Shown one piece after another: positions 1 through 10,707 of a DNA stretch of 60,150 nucleotides; the first letter of the stretch is position 1, and each line of letters starts with the position of its first letter. The DNA comes from a virus (lineage: Duplodnaviria; Caudoviricetes), in IMG/VR virus record IMGVR_UViG_3300046385_000041, positions 1 through 60,150 of that record. One strand, written 5' to 3'. The position numbers and the translations under genes were made by a program. The notes under the pieces were generated by a model that saw only the letters and a list, made by a program, of their open reading frames with translations, was not told the origin of the DNA and did no database searches.

Positions 1-11
1 CATAGATACAC

Positions 12-1559
12 ATGGCAATTATACAAAGTTACCCTATAAATTATAATGTTAAGGATACAGACCTATTATTAGGTATAACTAACATTGCACCTAGCGGTAA
101 TCCTATATATCAAACAAAGAGTTTTAGGGTATCCGATATCCGAGGCGGTGGCGGCGGAGGTGGATCTATAACAATAGGTATTGGTAATGGGCTTACTTTG
201 CAAGGAAGTGTGTTATCGCTTGGATTAGCCGATGTTTTTGAAAATGGTGCATTAAGCTCAGATGATTGGTTAACATTCAACAGCAAGCAGGCACCATTAA
301 TAGGTGATGGATTAGTTAAGTCTACAGGTGGCACTATTTCATATATAACTGATAATACATCTAATTGGAACACTGCTTATAATGACAAGATTAATAGTAT
401 TGCTGTAACAGGTACTACAACAAAAACGTTAACATTAACACAACAGGACGGCGGTACATTAACTACATCTTGGACAGATGATGGTTCAAGTATTACTTTA
501 ACTACACTTGGAACATCAGGTGCGGCTACTTTAGTTAACAATGTTCTAAATATACCACAATACAGTGGAGGAAGCAGCGGCGTTACTTCTTTTAATACAA
601 GAACAGGAGCTGTAACTTTAAGCTCTGGAGACGTTACAACAGCTATAGGGTATACACCGTATAATAATACAAATCCAAACGGTTATATAACAGCATCGTC
701 TGAAAGTGTATTAACTAATAAAACTGGTAATATAAGTCAATGGACAAATAACTCTGGTTATTTAACTGGTATAACTTCACTTCAGGTTACTACTGCTTTA
801 GGGTTTACGCCTTATAACGCAACTAACCCAAATGGTTATATTAGTGGAATTACTAGTGGTATGGTTACTACCGCCTTGGGATTTACGCCATATGACAGCA
901 CGAATCCAAGTGGATATATAACAGCATCGTCTTCAAGTGCGTTGACAAATAAATCTGGTAATATAAGCCAATGGACTAATAACTCAGGGTACCTTACGGG
1001 CATAACATCTGGGCAGGTTACTGGGGCATTGGGTTACACCCCTTATAATTCCACCAATCCAAATGGTTACATCAGTAGTATCACAAGTGGGAATGTTACT
1101 ACCGCATTAGGTTATACGCCTTATAATAGTTCAAACCCGAGTGGTTATATTAGCGGTATTAATAGTTCAATGGTAACATCTGCTCTCGGGTACACGCCTT
1201 ACAATTCAACTAATCCAGCGTCTTACGCAACAACAACCCAATTAAACAATGGATTGGCATTATACTTACCATTAACAGGAGGAACTGTTTCTGGTAATAT
1301 AACTTCAGCAGGTGGTTTTTTTAACTCTGATATTAGGCTAAAAGATATAATATCTAGGGATGGCGATGTTGTGGTGTTTAAATGGAAAGACGGTAGAGAT
1401 GATAAAACACATATAGGTTATATTGCTCAAGAGGTTCAAGAGATATTCCCTGACGCTATTAATGAGGGTGAAGATGGAATGTTGTCTGTAAACTATACAG
1501 AAGTTTTAGTTGCTAAAATAGCGGAATTGGAAAAAAGAATTAAACAACTAGAGAAATAA
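12..1559 (+). CDS. Tail fibre protein with LG(Y/F)TPY repeats and C-terminal intramolecular chaperone (peptidase S74-like)
   Basis: Gly/Thr/Ser-rich; six (L/I)G(Y/F)TPYxxxNPxxY repeats; SDIRLKD...GYIAQEV...V(N)Y motif and terminal coiled coil. Confidence 0.8.
   Translation: MAIIQSYPINYNVKDTDLLLGITNIAPSGNPIYQTKSFRVSDIRGGGGGGGSITIGIGNGLTLQGSVLSLGLADVFENGALSSDDWLTFNSKQAPLIGDGLVKSTGGTISYITDNTSNWNTAYNDKINSIAVTGTTTKTLTLTQQDGGTLTTSWTDDGSSITLTTLGTSGAATLVNNVLNIPQYSGGSSGVTSFNTRTGAVTLSSGDVTTAIGYTPYNNTNPNGYITASSESVLTNKTGNISQWTNNSGYLTGITSLQVTTALGFTPYNATNPNGYISGITSGMVTTALGFTPYDSTNPSGYITASSSSALTNKSGNISQWTNNSGYLTGITSGQVTGALGYTPYNSTNPNGYISSITSGNVTTALGYTPYNSSNPSGYISGINSSMVTSALGYTPYNSTNPASYATTTQLNNGLALYLPLTGGTVSGNITSAGGFFNSDIRLKDIISRDGDVVVFKWKDGRDDKTHIGYIAQEVQEIFPDAINEGEDGMLSVNYTEVLVAKIAELEKRIKQLEK
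640..1225 (+). repeat. Intragenic tandem peptide repeats in tail fibre shaft
   Basis: 6x A(L/I)G(Y/F)TPY(N/D)xxNPxxY and 2x LTNK(T/S)GNISQWTNNSGYLTGITS read from the translation. Confidence 0.85.
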
Positions 1560-2023
1560 TGAGTTGGAGTAGTTTAGGGGATAACCAAATGGTTAGCTTC
1601 ACAGATGCGCAAACAAGTCCTTTTACATTAAATCCTGGGCAAAGTTATGTTACATCAAATAAATGTATGACAAAGCTAGAAGCCTTAACTATGTTTGGAT
1701 TGGAAGCAGGATTTATGGCGACCTACGGGCCAGACCAGCTTGTGCCAAAAGTACAATGGGTAGCTACCGAATTAGTATACACATACTATGGAACATTGTA
1801 CGCTCAAAATCCTTGTGACCCTATGGTATATGTTTATTATGGAAGTAATGGGCAATGGTATTCTGAGGTTAGTGGAAGCTATTATGGAATTACTTACGCT
1901 TGTCAATATGCATATTATGATCCTGGGGCCGACACCTACGTTTACAGTGTATATTACTTAGAACCAAGCAACGCTACGCCGGTTTATTATGGAACAACAA
2001 CATCACCGTGCCCACCTTTTTAA
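1559..2023 (+). CDS. Hypothetical tail-associated protein (Tyr/Cys-rich C-terminus)
   Basis: Stop/start overlap with the fibre gene; context only. Confidence 0.55.
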   Translation: MSWSSLGDNQMVSFTDAQTSPFTLNPGQSYVTSNKCMTKLEALTMFGLEAGFMATYGPDQLVPKVQWVATELVYTYYGTLYAQNPCDPMVYVYYGSNGQWYSEVSGSYYGITYACQYAYYDPGADTYVYSVYYLEPSNATPVYYGTTTSPCPPF

Positions 2024-2033
2024 AAAATAAAAA

Positions 2034-2321
2034 ATGAAGATACAGCAAATTCAATTCCCTTTGAGCATCGGTACGGCTGATACTCTATCTACTCAGGTAA
2101 AAAAAGATCTAGATGCGGAAGATTATACAATAGTGTACTACGCTTTTATAGATACTACACAAACATCAGAATTAAATGATGGTAACGAAATACCTAATAA
2201 GATGTTGCATGCTAGCAGCCTAAGATTAGATGGTGAAAGTTACATTGAATATAAAAATGATAATAGTAAACTAGATTCTATAATTGCTTCCATGTTAGGT
2301 GTAGTAATAATTGAGGAATAA
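2034..2321 (+). CDS. Hypothetical protein (possible fibre assembly factor)
   Basis: ORF in tail cluster with A-rich start region. Confidence 0.5.
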   Translation: MKIQQIQFPLSIGTADTLSTQVKKDLDAEDYTIVYYAFIDTTQTSELNDGNEIPNKMLHASSLRLDGESYIEYKNDNSKLDSIIASMLGVVIIEE

Positions 2322-2349
2322 TAAATAGTTTATAAAATAAAACAATAAT

Positions 2350-3045
2350 ATGGCAATAGGAAATTCATATCCGATAGATAAAGATGTCGAGGATAAAGAC
2401 CTGGTGCTTGGAACGGATTATGGTAGTAATAGAACAGTAAACTTCCCAATGGAGGATATTGCTGACTACTTAAATAAGAAAGGTAAAATATCAATAGCCG
2501 GTCAAACTACTTGGAAATTTGTTACATCAAATCCAATAAGTGGTACTATATCTATGGTTAACGGTGCTGGTAACGGAATGCCGTTTAGTAATATAACCTA
2601 TCTCCTAATGTCTATTTATGATATGAGCACGCAGCGAGTAGTTGAGTTCATTGATTATCTTGTTGGATCCCAAGTTCTATTAGCACAACAAAAGAAAGCA
2701 ACGCAGTTCGGTCATTATGAAGTTGTGAATTACGAGCCTACTAGTGATCCATTACTATATAGGTTAACATTGGAATACATTGGTGGTAATGGCACAATAA
2801 AGGAAAACACTTATTACGACCTAGCTACTTTTGTACCGTTTTCAACAGGAGACAAAACATTCGTATTCACACAAGACACACCGGCAAATCCGTGGATTAT
2901 TGCGCACGACTTAGATAAATTCCCATCGGTATCAATGGTATTATCAACAGGGCAAGCTGGCATTGCTGATGTGACATATATAGACGAAAATAACTTAACA
3001 ATAACTTTTTCTGGAGATGAATCTGGAAAAGCATATATGAACTAA
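2350..3045 (+). CDS. Tail structural/adaptor protein
   Basis: N-terminus MAIGNSYPIDKDVEDKDLVLG resembles that of ORF 12; C-terminal W-I-x-H-x-L beta domain. Confidence 0.6.
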   Translation: MAIGNSYPIDKDVEDKDLVLGTDYGSNRTVNFPMEDIADYLNKKGKISIAGQTTWKFVTSNPISGTISMVNGAGNGMPFSNITYLLMSIYDMSTQRVVEFIDYLVGSQVLLAQQKKATQFGHYEVVNYEPTSDPLLYRLTLEYIGGNGTIKENTYYDLATFVPFSTGDKTFVFTQDTPANPWIIAHDLDKFPSVSMVLSTGQAGIADVTYIDENNLTITFSGDESGKAYMN

Positions 3046-3047
3046 CT

Positions 3048-4373
3048 ATGGCAATACAGTTTTTAAATAATTTAAACATCAACGACAACCAACTGCTTAA
3101 TGCAAAGGTTCAAGTTGCATCTACAGCGCCAACTGCTGCTAAAGGACAAATATATCTTGATAGTACAACCAATGTAAATACACTGAAATACCATGACGGA
3201 TCACAATGGATAGGTTTAAAGCAAGTAAATCTAAATAATAGCACATTTGTTAGCTTAGCTAATTTAAGTGCGACAGGGAGCAATGTAATAAGCCTAGAAG
3301 CTAGTCTATCAGCTACAGGAACTGCGAGCAGTACGACATTCCTTAGAGGTGATAATACTTGGGGTACTCCAATAGGCGCATTGTATACTTTACCGGTTGC
3401 TGCTGGAGGATCAAATTCCGCTGTAATAAGTTTAACTGAGCAAACGCTTTCAACACAAGTTGTATCTGATGTAACTTTTAACGGCACAACAAATGGTGTA
3501 AAAATCACTGAGTCTACCGGTAATAACGGTTCAATAACTATTGGTCTACAAGACAGTATTACTTTAGTTGGAACATTGACTGTACAAGGAACTGGCCAAT
3601 CTAGTTTTGCGGGACAAGTTACAATTCCAGCAGTGCCAATTGCAAGCACTGATGCAGCAAGTAAAGCTTACGTTGACAACTCTGTAACCGGCGCTTTAGT
3701 ATTCCAAGGGGGGTATGATGCTGCCACAAATACACCAAACTTAGATTCACCGCCAACTGGCACAATCAAGAAAGGATTTATGTGGACCGTTACGGTTGAT
3801 GGGTCATTCTTTACCGAACAAGTTAGAGTTGGTGATTCATTAATAGCTAACAAAGACACACCTACTACTTTAGCGGATTGGACAACAGTTCAAAGTAATA
3901 TTGACTTAGCTACGCTTACGACTGTAGGTCTAGGCAATGTTAATGCTGGGTCTGGAATCGGGGTTGCTTATTCTGCTGGTACTGCCGCAGTAACAAACAC
4001 CGACAAAGGTTCTTCTCAGAATATATTTAAAAATATTTTAGCCTCGGGGCAAACTACATTAGTTGCAACTTCCAACAATGATAGCATCATATTATATCCT
4101 GGCAATGGAATAGCTATAACAACGGATGCAGCTACGAACACAATTGAGATTGCGTCAACGTATACACCGCCAACAATATCTTATGCAACAACAATATCCG
4201 CAACTGCAACAGTTACTCATAACTTGAATACGAAAGACGTAATAGTTCAATTATATGATACTGTTACATCTGACACAGTATATGCAGACATTACTAGAGC
4301 TAGTGTGAATACGATTACTGTTACATTCTCTGCTGTTCCAACAAATCCAATTAGAGTATTGGTACAAAAATAA
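3048..4373 (+). CDS. Tail fibre/structural protein
   Basis: TFLRGDNTW, DAASKAYVD and VTHNLNT motifs typical of phage fibre proteins. Confidence 0.7.
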   Translation: MAIQFLNNLNINDNQLLNAKVQVASTAPTAAKGQIYLDSTTNVNTLKYHDGSQWIGLKQVNLNNSTFVSLANLSATGSNVISLEASLSATGTASSTTFLRGDNTWGTPIGALYTLPVAAGGSNSAVISLTEQTLSTQVVSDVTFNGTTNGVKITESTGNNGSITIGLQDSITLVGTLTVQGTGQSSFAGQVTIPAVPIASTDAASKAYVDNSVTGALVFQGGYDAATNTPNLDSPPTGTIKKGFMWTVTVDGSFFTEQVRVGDSLIANKDTPTTLADWTTVQSNIDLATLTTVGLGNVNAGSGIGVAYSAGTAAVTNTDKGSSQNIFKNILASGQTTLVATSNNDSIILYPGNGIAITTDAATNTIEIASTYTPPTISYATTISATATVTHNLNTKDVIVQLYDTVTSDTVYADITRASVNTITVTFSAVPTNPIRVLVQK

Positions 4374-4383
4374 AACATAGTAT

Positions 4384-7332
4384 ATGAAATTTAAAAGTGA
4401 TATAGAGGTCCAAGCGGGTCTGAAGGATTCTTCAGGTGCAAATGGCTCAGCTGGACAAGTATTATCATCTAATGGTAGCACTGTTAGCTGGGTAAATGAA
4501 ACTACAGTTGCTAGTGACGTTCAGAATGAGGTAAAAGCCGGCGTTGCGATAAACAAAGGGCAGGCTGTGTATGTAACTGGCGCTGACGGGACAAATATAA
4601 TTGTTGGGTTAGCTTCAAATACTACTGAAGCAACTTCTTCTAAAACTTTAGGATTACTTAATGCTACAGTTGCTATTAATGGATTTGCTGATGTTGTACA
4701 AATAGGTAGATTAGCAGGGCTTAATACTTCGGCAGCTACAGTGGGTGATCCAGTATGGTTGGGAACAAACGGGAATCTTATTTATGGATTAGCAAATAAG
4801 CCTTACGCTCCCGCTCACTTAGTTTTTATAGGAGTTGTTACTAGAGTAAATTCCAACAACGGAGAGATATTTATAAATGTACAAAACGGTTTTGAATTAA
4901 ACGAGATTCACGATGTAGACATTAAAACTAACGTTCCAATTAATGGTGATGTATTAGGATATGATGGAACATTGTGGGTTAATAAGACAATTGCAGAATG
5001 GTTAGGTTATACACCGGCTGATGATGCTTTAGTAGTACATAAAGCGGGAACTGAAACTATAACTGGTAGTAAAACATTTACAAGTCCTGTTATTATAAAT
5101 AAAGCAACTGCAAATACAGATGCTATTTTACTTAATGTTGGTGGAAATCAACAAGGAAGACTTACTATAAATAATGACGGTGGTTTTGATTTATTCACAT
5201 CAACCGATTTTAGCGGTTATGGTATTAACTTTGATGCTAATGATAGTAATGGACTTTTGTTCTATGCGGACAATCCAAATATGGCTAAGTTCATTGTTGG
5301 AGATAACTATAATATATCACAACAAGATTTATATTCAACAAAGTTTATAAAATTAGGCGGAACTGCTGATCAATATTTAAAAGCTGATGGATCAGTATCC
5401 ACAGCAATGAACTCTAGGGTAGAAGTAAACTTTATAACTACCGCTGGGCAAACAACATTTGTTACACCTTACGAGGTTGGGCAGGTTGAGGTTTATTACA
5501 ATGGTTCTAAATTATATCCAGATGAATTTGTAGCAACTAACGGTACAACTATTGTATTAGTTACACCGGCTACGTTAAATGCACAGATAAGTATTGTTAA
5601 ATTTGTATCTTCATTTAATACAACATCGATTAGAACCGAAACAGTATTTACAACAACAGGTGGTCAAACTACATTTAGTGTAAACTATGCTATCGGTCAG
5701 GTCGATGTATTTTATAACGGATCAAAATTGAGTCCTGCTGAATTTACAGCAGTTAATGGAACATCTGTTGTATTAGGATTTGCTTGTGCTGCTGGTGAAA
5801 GTATTGTAATTAATAGTTATGTTAATCAAGTTAGCGGAGCTTCAGGTACTGCTAATTATATGACTAAATTTACCGGAGCAGCTTCTTTAGGTAATAGTAC
5901 ATTAATAGACAATGGAACTAGTGTTAGTTTAACAAATGCGGACTCAAGGCTTTACGGTGGAACAAATGCAGGCAGGTTTATTATAGGAAATCCTAGTGTT
6001 AATACTTATTTAGCTGTATACGGTAGTACACATGCAACTTTACCAAACTTTGCACAATTTATAGTTAATAATATTCCTTCGCTTAATATGTTAGCAAGCG
6101 GAGCTATTGGAATTGGCACTTCCTCACCTGGAACAACGTCATCATCCAATATTTTATTGGGATTTGTTAATGGTAGTAATATACAAGCAAGAAATGAGGT
6201 TGCTCAAATTGCAATGTCTTCAAACATAAATGGGGATTGGTATGCTCCAACCTATAAAAATAGCGGGTATGCATCACAAATTTATGCTGACGCAAACGGC
6301 GGAACAATAGGATTAAGAATAGCTCCTAGTGGTACAGCGGGAGCATCAATATCATGGAATCAGCCGGCTGTTTATGTTACAAGCGCAAATAATGTAATTA
6401 TAGGCGGCTCAACAGACGCGGGATACAAACTTGACGTTAATGGTACAGGTAGATTTACAGGTAATTTATTTTTACCATCATTAACTACAGGGTATTTAAC
6501 TAAAGTAGGAACAAGTGGATTAATAACATTTAGTAAATTATATGAAAATTCATTTGGAGGTATTCAAATAAATAACACAGATACAAACGGAGCTCAATAT
6601 TATAGTTTAAGAGTTGGTCCAAGAGGTAACAACGATGGAATTTCTTCAACTTGGCATATACCTTCAAATGCTTCTCCTACAGTTGGATGGGCTACAAGCG
6701 CAAGTTCAACATTTTATAGTATTGCAACTTTAGCAGACGATGTAACAAGATTGCATATCACTTCAGGTGGTAACGTAGGAATAGGAACAATTATACCTGA
6801 CGCAAGGCTTCACTTAAGAGGAGCAAGTTCTTTTAATAGACTTACTCAAATGTCTCCAACTGGAGCAAGCACAGATGCAGTTAATTTAATAGCATCAACA
6901 AATCCTTCAGGTAGTGATCAATGGTGGAGTTGGGGGGTTAGTAATGACGATTCTTATAGAATAGTTAAAGGAACTGATTTATCAGGCACTGGTGTTAAAG
7001 TAACTGTAGGTTCTACGTCTTGGACTTCTTCTTCTGACATTAGAATTAAAAATGTAATTGGAAAAGTTGAAAATGCTTTAGAAAAAATAGATACGTTATC
7101 TCCTATATTTTACGAATTAAAAGATGACAAATTAAAAACTAAAAGAGTTGGTTTAATAGCGCAAGAAGTTTATGAAGTTTTACCTGAATCAGTAGATAAA
7201 CCTATAAAAGAAGAAGATGTTTGGGGGGTTAGATATACCGAATTAATACCTCTTTTAGTAGCGTCTATACAAGAACAACAAGCTCAAATCAAAGAATTAC
7301 AAGACGAATTAGTTTTGTTAAAAAATAAATAA
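4384..7332 (+). CDS. Long tail fibre with C-terminal intramolecular chaperone
   Basis: GNVGIGT-type repeats; SSDIRIK...GLIAQEV...VRY S74 motif; duplicated GQTTF domains. Confidence 0.8.
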   Translation: MKFKSDIEVQAGLKDSSGANGSAGQVLSSNGSTVSWVNETTVASDVQNEVKAGVAINKGQAVYVTGADGTNIIVGLASNTTEATSSKTLGLLNATVAINGFADVVQIGRLAGLNTSAATVGDPVWLGTNGNLIYGLANKPYAPAHLVFIGVVTRVNSNNGEIFINVQNGFELNEIHDVDIKTNVPINGDVLGYDGTLWVNKTIAEWLGYTPADDALVVHKAGTETITGSKTFTSPVIINKATANTDAILLNVGGNQQGRLTINNDGGFDLFTSTDFSGYGINFDANDSNGLLFYADNPNMAKFIVGDNYNISQQDLYSTKFIKLGGTADQYLKADGSVSTAMNSRVEVNFITTAGQTTFVTPYEVGQVEVYYNGSKLYPDEFVATNGTTIVLVTPATLNAQISIVKFVSSFNTTSIRTETVFTTTGGQTTFSVNYAIGQVDVFYNGSKLSPAEFTAVNGTSVVLGFACAAGESIVINSYVNQVSGASGTANYMTKFTGAASLGNSTLIDNGTSVSLTNADSRLYGGTNAGRFIIGNPSVNTYLAVYGSTHATLPNFAQFIVNNIPSLNMLASGAIGIGTSSPGTTSSSNILLGFVNGSNIQARNEVAQIAMSSNINGDWYAPTYKNSGYASQIYADANGGTIGLRIAPSGTAGASISWNQPAVYVTSANNVIIGGSTDAGYKLDVNGTGRFTGNLFLPSLTTGYLTKVGTSGLITFSKLYENSFGGIQINNTDTNGAQYYSLRVGPRGNNDGISSTWHIPSNASPTVGWATSASSTFYSIATLADDVTRLHITSGGNVGIGTIIPDARLHLRGASSFNRLTQMSPTGASTDAVNLIASTNPSGSDQWWSWGVSNDDSYRIVKGTDLSGTGVKVTVGSTSWTSSSDIRIKNVIGKVENALEKIDTLSPIFYELKDDKLKTKRVGLIAQEVYEVLPESVDKPIKEEDVWGVRYTELIPLLVASIQEQQAQIKELQDELVLLKNK

Positions 7333-7333
7333 T

Positions 7334-8377
7334 ATGGGATTAACTAAAGACTTAGGTGCTTTACCAAGAGCAATAACGGTATCTAGTGCTAATAATGTTG
7401 GAATTGGTGCGGCTGGACCAAGTACTCTTTTGCAAATTGGTACAGGAGGTGGTGCTGGGGCTACTAATTCAATAGCCTACTTAGGAGGGTACAGTAGTGG
7501 CGTATCTCAGTTAAGATACATTATGAATCATAACGGTGCGGCAAATGCTGGAATAGGCACGCCATCAGCTGGTGGTATTTTATTTGGATACGGGTTAGTT
7601 GACGGTACTGTATCAGGTGAATGGATGAGAATTAATACTTCTGGCAACGTAGGAATTGGCGAATCTAATCCGCAAGCAAGACTACATGTGGCAAGGACAG
7701 ATTCTGGAGAAGTTTCTAGATTTTCAGCGCCAAACGGATATATTCCATATATTTTAATAGGTAGGCCAGATGCTACAAATGAAGGTTTAAAATTGAGTTA
7801 TGACTCTAATACAGGAAATACAAGTTTTGAAACTGTATCATCTCACAATATACTATTTAAAAACAACAATACCGAACGTATGCGTATCACTTCAGGTGGT
7901 AATGTAACTATTGGAGATACAACAACAAACAATACAGGTAAATTTAACTACGCGAGTCCCGGGGTTGGTTCTTTTAACGGGGTGGTAGAGTTATATCATA
8001 GTACCTCAAATGTAAATGGATCAGGTTTTGTAAATTTCTACGTAAATAGTTCTGTTATTGGTTCAATTGGTCAATCAGGCACAACAGGTGTAACTTATAA
8101 CACAACATCTGATTATAGACTTAAAGAAGATTTTAAAGATTACTCAGGGTTAGATTTAGTATCTAAAATTAAAACTTATGACTATAAATGGAAATCTTGT
8201 GAAGATAGAATGTATGGGGTAATTGCCCACGAATTGCAAGAGGTAGTGCCTTATGCGGTAACAGGTGAAAAAGATGCTGAACAAATGCAAGGTGTAGATT
8301 ACTCAAAATTAGTGCCTATTTTAGTTCAAGCAATACAAGAATTAACTGCTAGATTAGAAATCTTAGAAAACAAATAA
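7334..8377 (+). CDS. Tail fibre / receptor-binding protein with intramolecular chaperone
   Basis: ERMRITSGGNV repeats; TSDYRLKE...GVIAHELQ...VDYSKLVP. Confidence 0.8.
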   Translation: MGLTKDLGALPRAITVSSANNVGIGAAGPSTLLQIGTGGGAGATNSIAYLGGYSSGVSQLRYIMNHNGAANAGIGTPSAGGILFGYGLVDGTVSGEWMRINTSGNVGIGESNPQARLHVARTDSGEVSRFSAPNGYIPYILIGRPDATNEGLKLSYDSNTGNTSFETVSSHNILFKNNNTERMRITSGGNVTIGDTTTNNTGKFNYASPGVGSFNGVVELYHSTSNVNGSGFVNFYVNSSVIGSIGQSGTTGVTYNTTSDYRLKEDFKDYSGLDLVSKIKTYDYKWKSCEDRMYGVIAHELQEVVPYAVTGEKDAEQMQGVDYSKLVPILVQAIQELTARLEILENK

Positions 8378-8378
8378 T

Positions 8379-9635
8379 ATGGGACTAAATAGAAATTTAG
8401 GGAATCTAACAGAGGTTATAAAGGAGAGTAGTGGTAAGATAGGTATTGGAGTAACTCCTGAAAACAAATTGCAAGTTACAGATAATTTAGGTTCTATTAC
8501 TGATCCAACTGTATACAGACCTATTGCTAATTTTTATAGTGGAGGGAATTCTAGTGCTTTTGGGTTAACTATTGGCTCTAGACCATTAAACGCTAACGTA
8601 GATCAAGGTGGTTACGTACAAAGTAATTCTTCTGTAATTTATAGAGCCGGGCTTAACCACATATTTCAAAGCGGCGGTAGTTTTACAGAAAGTATGCGTA
8701 TATTCTCAAACGGAAACATTTACATAGGGTCATCATCGTCTGACGCTGGGTATAAACTTGACGTTAATGGCACAACTAGAATTGGATCTGCTTTAACAGT
8801 TAATACCGATGGTGGATTTGGAATTGCAAGAACAGGCAATAATGCTGGATCAACAGTTGTTAATATAATTGGATCTTCGCAAAGTTCAACATCAGCTCAA
8901 TTAAATTTAACACAGGTATGGAATGGAGTTTCGTATCCTGTAGTATTAAGAAATACATACAACACAACAGCTGGGGCAGCTTCAAGTGTATTTACTTTAT
9001 CAACATCTCAATATAATGGGTCTATTGGGGGGGCTGAATTAACTGAAAGATTTAGAATTGACGGGAATACAGGTAACATAGGTATTGGGACAGCAAACAC
9101 GCCGTCTGAAAAATTAACTCTTGACAGTGGTAATATTAAGTTAGGCACACAAGGTAGAGTTATATTTAATAGAGCTGATAATGCAATTTTCACTCAATTA
9201 TATGACGCTGGCGCTTATTTTGTTTTAGATAATAGAAATGGAAATGGATTTGATTTTCAATCGGCTGGAACAAGTCATATGAGAATACTTCCTGACGGAT
9301 CTACAAACAATAAAAGCGTAAAGACTCAATATGCTGCTGGATATTCAGATATAGGATCTACTTTCTATGTAGATTTTGTTGCGTACCAATCCAGTGTTTA
9401 TAAAATAATGTCTGGAATAACGCACTGGAGCGCTGGGTATGGTGCGTATCTTGAAACTATACAATTTAATGATGCATATACAAATATATCCAATATAGTT
9501 ATAGCCAACCACACTAGTGTAAACGGCGGTAGTTGGTCAATAAGTAGACCAAATAATTATACGATAAGAGTTACTCATAATGCGGGGACCTACGCAGCTT
9601 ATGGTAACTGGTGGATTGAAGTTATAGGAACATAA
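8379..9635 (+). CDS. Tail fibre / receptor-binding protein
   Basis: GNIGIGT and YKLDVNG repeats; N-terminus similar to ORF 7334. Confidence 0.75.
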   Translation: MGLNRNLGNLTEVIKESSGKIGIGVTPENKLQVTDNLGSITDPTVYRPIANFYSGGNSSAFGLTIGSRPLNANVDQGGYVQSNSSVIYRAGLNHIFQSGGSFTESMRIFSNGNIYIGSSSSDAGYKLDVNGTTRIGSALTVNTDGGFGIARTGNNAGSTVVNIIGSSQSSTSAQLNLTQVWNGVSYPVVLRNTYNTTAGAASSVFTLSTSQYNGSIGGAELTERFRIDGNTGNIGIGTANTPSEKLTLDSGNIKLGTQGRVIFNRADNAIFTQLYDAGAYFVLDNRNGNGFDFQSAGTSHMRILPDGSTNNKSVKTQYAAGYSDIGSTFYVDFVAYQSSVYKIMSGITHWSAGYGAYLETIQFNDAYTNISNIVIANHTSVNGGSWSISRPNNYTIRVTHNAGTYAAYGNWWIEVIGT

Positions 9636-9645
9636 AAAAATAATT

Positions 9646-9846
9646 ATGATAGTAATATATAATAAAAGCAAAAAGGTGATTATGACTTGTTCTGCCTTAG
9701 AAAATATAAAAGCTTATATAGAAGACAATAAGTTAGAATATATAGAATCAAAAGAAAATATGGATCTAGTTAATTTTGAATATAAAATTATTAATGGAGA
9801 AATTATAAAGGGTGATCCAACTCAAAAGCCTGAAATCTTAGAATAA
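9646..9846 (+). CDS. Small hypothetical protein (possible fibre chaperone)
   Basis: Follows the only fibre in the 4384-9635 group lacking an S74 domain; context only. Confidence 0.45.
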   Translation: MIVIYNKSKKVIMTCSALENIKAYIEDNKLEYIESKENMDLVNFEYKIINGEIIKGDPTQKPEILE

Positions 9847-9868
9847 ACAAACAAACAAAACAAATAAT

Positions 9869-10195
9869 ATGAAGAAAATTGAAGCAGTATCCATTTGGGA
9901 TAACGGAACAGTACAACAAGCAACTATCTTAAATGCTTATGCAGTAAATGTATCATTAAATACATCCGCTACATTTTATTACTCTTTACTATCCAAAACA
10001 GAAGAAGGAAATGTAAGTACACAACTAGCTCAAGGGAACTTGACAATGTCTGGAGAAGACTATTCTCAATGGGATGCAGATACATTTGCATGGGATTGGA
10101 TTGCTGAACAACTTAATCTTGTTATTACAGGAGAGTACGTTCCGCCAGTTTTATCAGAACCAACACCTATTGTCGAAGAAGTTATTGTTGAATAA
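9869..10195 (+). CDS. Hypothetical protein
   Basis: Clean ORF at end of tail cluster. Confidence 0.6.
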   Translation: MKKIEAVSIWDNGTVQQATILNAYAVNVSLNTSATFYYSLLSKTEEGNVSTQLAQGNLTMSGEDYSQWDADTFAWDWIAEQLNLVITGEYVPPVLSEPTPIVEEVIVE

Positions 10196-10332
10196 TGGCA
10201 AAAGCAAAAAACGAATCTATTAAGTTAGATAAGAAGAAAATAAGTAGACCTGGCGTGCATTCAAAATCCCAAACATCTACTTTGAAAGAATCTAAGAATT
10301 ACAAAAAATCTTATAAAGGTCAAGGAAGATAA
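10195..10332 (+). CDS. Small basic protein (45 aa, ends KNYKKSYKGQGR), absent from the ORF track
   Basis: TAATG overlaps at both ends fill the gap exactly; Lys-rich. Confidence 0.7.
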   Translation: MAKAKNESIKLDKKKISRPGVHSKSQTSTLKESKNYKKSYKGQGR

Positions 10333-10532
10333 TGAGCAATAGAGAAAAAGTAGATTTGTTTTTAAGCAAATGGGTTAGCAGAAAGTTAACGGTATTTGGC
10401 ATAGCTTCCGTAGCTTTGTTTTCTGGAAGTATAGAAAGTAATGATTGGGTGGTAATAGCTACAGCTTATATATCGCTACAAGGAGTGACAGATATTGTGG
10501 AACGTATATATAAAATTAAGCATGAACAATAA
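10332..10532 (+). CDS. Putative holin
   Basis: Two hydrophobic segments, SRKL motif, upstream of endolysin. Confidence 0.6.
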   Translation: MSNREKVDLFLSKWVSRKLTVFGIASVALFSGSIESNDWVVIATAYISLQGVTDIVERIYKIKHEQ

Positions 10533-10692
10533 CGATCTGAAAATAGGAATTATAAACACCATATCAATGGCATTAAGTTTTTCAAATATTGAAAACACTT
10601 TAAAAATAGTGTTATTAGTATTCTCAATATTATATACCGGATTGAAAATATTCGAGACAATGAGAAATAAAAACAATAGCAAAGATATTTAA
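10522..10692 (+). CDS. Putative second holin/antiholin
   Basis: Hydrophobic helix LKIVLLVFSILYTGLKIF with basic tail; ATG at 10522 preferred. Confidence 0.55.
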   Translation: MNNNDLKIGIINTISMALSFSNIENTLKIVLLVFSILYTGLKIFETMRNKNNSKDI

Positions 10693-10707
10693 TTAAATTA
10701 AAAACCA

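Noticed and set aside
640-1225. CRISPR array or DGR template
   Set aside because: Repeats are in-frame peptide repeats with synonymous variation; no spacers, cas genes or reverse transcriptase
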